Source of the DNA: Catajapyx aquilonaris
Taxonomy: Eukaryota
NCBI GenBank assembly: GCA_000934665.2
Contig: KZ538712.1
Span: forward strand, 1-52,230
Direction of reading: 5' to 3'
Length of the DNA: 52,230 nt
Under the pieces are notes generated by a model, which saw only the letters and a program-made list of their open reading frames with translations, did no database searches and was not told the origin of the DNA. The position numbers and the translations under genes are program-made. The stretch's first letter is position 1, and each line of letters begins with the position of its first letter. This document shows, one piece after another, positions 49,891 to 52,230 of this stretch.

Positions 49891-49935
49891 GTTGCTGGTT
49901 ATATCGCTTTCCGAGCAAGAAAAGTAGATCAAACT

Positions 49936-51069
49936 TCTGTCCTATTACCGGCTGATATGCACTTCTTAACTCCTTTGACGGAAAGAAATATATTAACACT
50001 GTACAAGTGGTGTCATACTTATATAGGGCCTTCCCAAGAATCGATGATAATAATAATTACAGTGCCTTTGCAACGAGAAGGCAACGCTTTTGACTTGTAT
50101 AAAGTGGTCCCCTGGCCTTTCTTGGTACAGGACAAATTGTCGGCTGTTGTACGAAACATAAAGCCTTTTCTAGCGGTCTCTCGAGACCAGCAAGCGTTTA
50201 TTGAATTGGAGGAAACTGATATGTTAGATTGCAAGTCAGATAATGACTTTACTGTATGTCATTTCCAAAAACCAGAGTGGACAAGACCAAGCACTTCTTG
50301 TGCCTATTCTGTTTTGACAGGATTCGGCCTGACCAGTCAATCATGTCAAAAAACTATTTCCGTACATACGACTCCTCTATTTGAATTAATAGACGCTGAA
50401 AAGGGTTCATGGGCTTACAACACACCTAACACATTGCAGCTAAACATACAATGTCGATTCTCCGGAAATAGCACACATTTAACTATTACAGGCATAGGTA
50501 CTTTTGTTTTGCCTAAAGGCTGTACAGCATACCACACAGGTTTTCGTATTAAAAGTACCGTACATGGAGGTGTACGAGGGAATTTGTTAATGGGAGGACA
50601 TATCGTAATACCTCCAATAGGATCCTTGTGGGAAGGAGAGGAAATGAGAGTTTTGAGAAATTTATGGAAAGTGAATTCACCTAATAATAGTTTACACATG
50701 AGTAAAGTATATGAGTTGCTAAATGAAAAGGAAGGCATGTCTTTGGAAAACTTAATAAGAGATTTGAATGAAGCAAACGACATGTTAATGTTTGATCCGG
50801 ATCTTGAGAATGATACAAACCTTTGGGTGCACCCTAGTAGTTATGTGTCCATGTTTATATTTTTTGGGATTTTGGCTCTGGTGGGAGTTGTTTATTTTAT
50901 GGTAAGAAGACACAGAAATATAAAAGAATGTAATATGGATCCTAGTTACCACAGAGAGCCATCTGTCTCGTATGTAACCACGCAGGAGCAGACAAGAGAG
51001 GAGATTGTGGTGTCTGCTATTCCTGGTAATGGGGGAAGCTTCCAGACTGTGAACCCAGGTGAAAATTAA
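49936..51069 (+). pseudogene. env: 5'-truncated env of a third related family (C)
   Basis: HFLTPL..LTLYKWCHTY..FDLYKVVPWP..LAVSRDQQAFIELEE aligns with the 45320 env; TM helix present. Confidence 0.92.
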
Positions 51070-51484
51070 GGTGACAGGCCTGCACCAATGTTTTCAGTTC
51101 GGTCTCCACAGACTGAGAGTTGTCATGGTTATCGAGATTGTAAGTGGGTAATTAGTGCCAATGTATGGCAAGTAAACAGGGCTTTTGGATTGTTTCAAAG
51201 GGGAAGGAGAGCTGTACACAAGCAAACCATTTTGGGGGAAAGTCAATTAGTTTGCCCAAGGGGCTAGTGCCATTTGACATTGACCTATGAACATGGAGAT
51301 TCACTCACTCCATATTGGGCAATGTTGTTGAAACGTAGTAACGCTGACTAGGATGTTCACACCCAATATTGGAAGTGAACGAAGTCATAAAAGGACCCTC
51401 CTTGTTCCGAAAAGGAGTCAGTTGCACCCAAGTCGTCAGAGACAACAGCACTTAGTGTACCTCCGGACACCTTACAACAGAAGG

Positions 51485-51874
51485 ATGGATATGTCTTCAA
51501 CCTCTAGTGGGTGGTCATTTGTGGCCCCAAACCCGCCAAAGAACGAGAGGCCCGGCGCCGCAAACCAAGCATCCTCATCGCGCGCTTCGGCGGTGCTGAG
51601 TGATATGAGCGAGGACCGACTTTCTATCGGCCCCTTGCCTCCTGCTGCCCATCGCTTTACACCGGTCGATTGGGAAGAAGTTAGAAGAGAAGGTGAGCGT
51701 AATCTTCGGAATGCTCCACCGCCCCTGGGGGTCAAAGGCCTGCGGAGAGTGGACGTTATCCGAAGATACTGTCCCATTGTGACGCTGACTGTCATCGGTG
51801 GAGCCGAGCAGATGGTGGTCACGATGCCCAGGGATTGGGATCAAGAACTTCAAGTAGTCCCCAGCGACTATTAA
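51485..51874 (+). CDS. Retroelement accessory ORF, copy 3 (family C; uninterrupted, 129 aa)
   Basis: MDMSSTSSGW start; conserved C-terminal domain; CATAAAAG and TCAGTT upstream. Confidence 0.78.
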   Translation: MDMSSTSSGWSFVAPNPPKNERPGAANQASSSRASAVLSDMSEDRLSIGPLPPAAHRFTPVDWEEVRREGERNLRNAPPPLGVKGLRRVDVIRRYCPIVTLTVIGGAEQMVVTMPRDWDQELQVVPSDY

Positions 51875-52230
51875 GTCACCCGGACCCAAAGTGCAATAGT
51901 GTCCCGTATAGTGGAATAGTTTATATAGAAGTGCAAAAGCGAGCACCTAGTAAAGGTGCAAAGAAAGTGGTTCTGTTCGACACATCATTGTGCAACTTTC
52001 CCACCACCCCATTAGTAACACGTGCAATTGTGCAGCTCGCCCTTAAAACAGTGTTTTCCTTTTTTTTTGCCGTCTACAGACGTTTTATTGTATCATAAGC
52101 CCCTGTAACTATTGCTTAAAAGATTGCCCAAACTTGTTTATTGCCATGTTGTAGTACTTCCCATTGCGTGGATCATACTGGCCGTATGAACTTGAACCCG
52201 TTAGCACCGGCTTCAAGTAAAGGGGGGGGG

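Noticed and set aside
49864..51069. 401-aa ORF as a novel fusion gene
   Set aside because: Chance in-frame join of MITE, P snippet and truncated env; no signal peptide or ATG start
229..51946. Minus-strand ORFs in the track
   Set aside because: None showed a recognisable domain; most are antisense shadows of + strand relics

Overview
Eukaryotic (most likely arthropod/insect) scaffold sequence with N-gaps and no recognisable host gene. Nearly the whole 52 kb is a dense patchwork of truncated and nested transposable-element relics: Tc1/mariner, Sola, hAT, Transib, P/THAP9, CACTA, piggyBac, PIF/Harbinger, Mutator/Kolobok-like, a tRNA-derived SINE, solo LTRs and env-bearing Gypsy (errantivirus-like) elements. 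Every fragment whose polarity I could read lies on the + strand, which is the architecture expected of a flamenco-like uni-strand piRNA cluster transcribed from the - strand (inference). The last 10 kb holds pieces of three related env-type LTR retroelements. All three carry an unrecognised small accessory ORF (about 130-165 aa) just upstream of the polypurine tract (PPT), directly after env in the two copies that retain env. Each ORF is followed by a covarying double hairpin immediately before the PPT. Family assignments come from motif recognition by eye, not database searches, and many boundaries are approximate.
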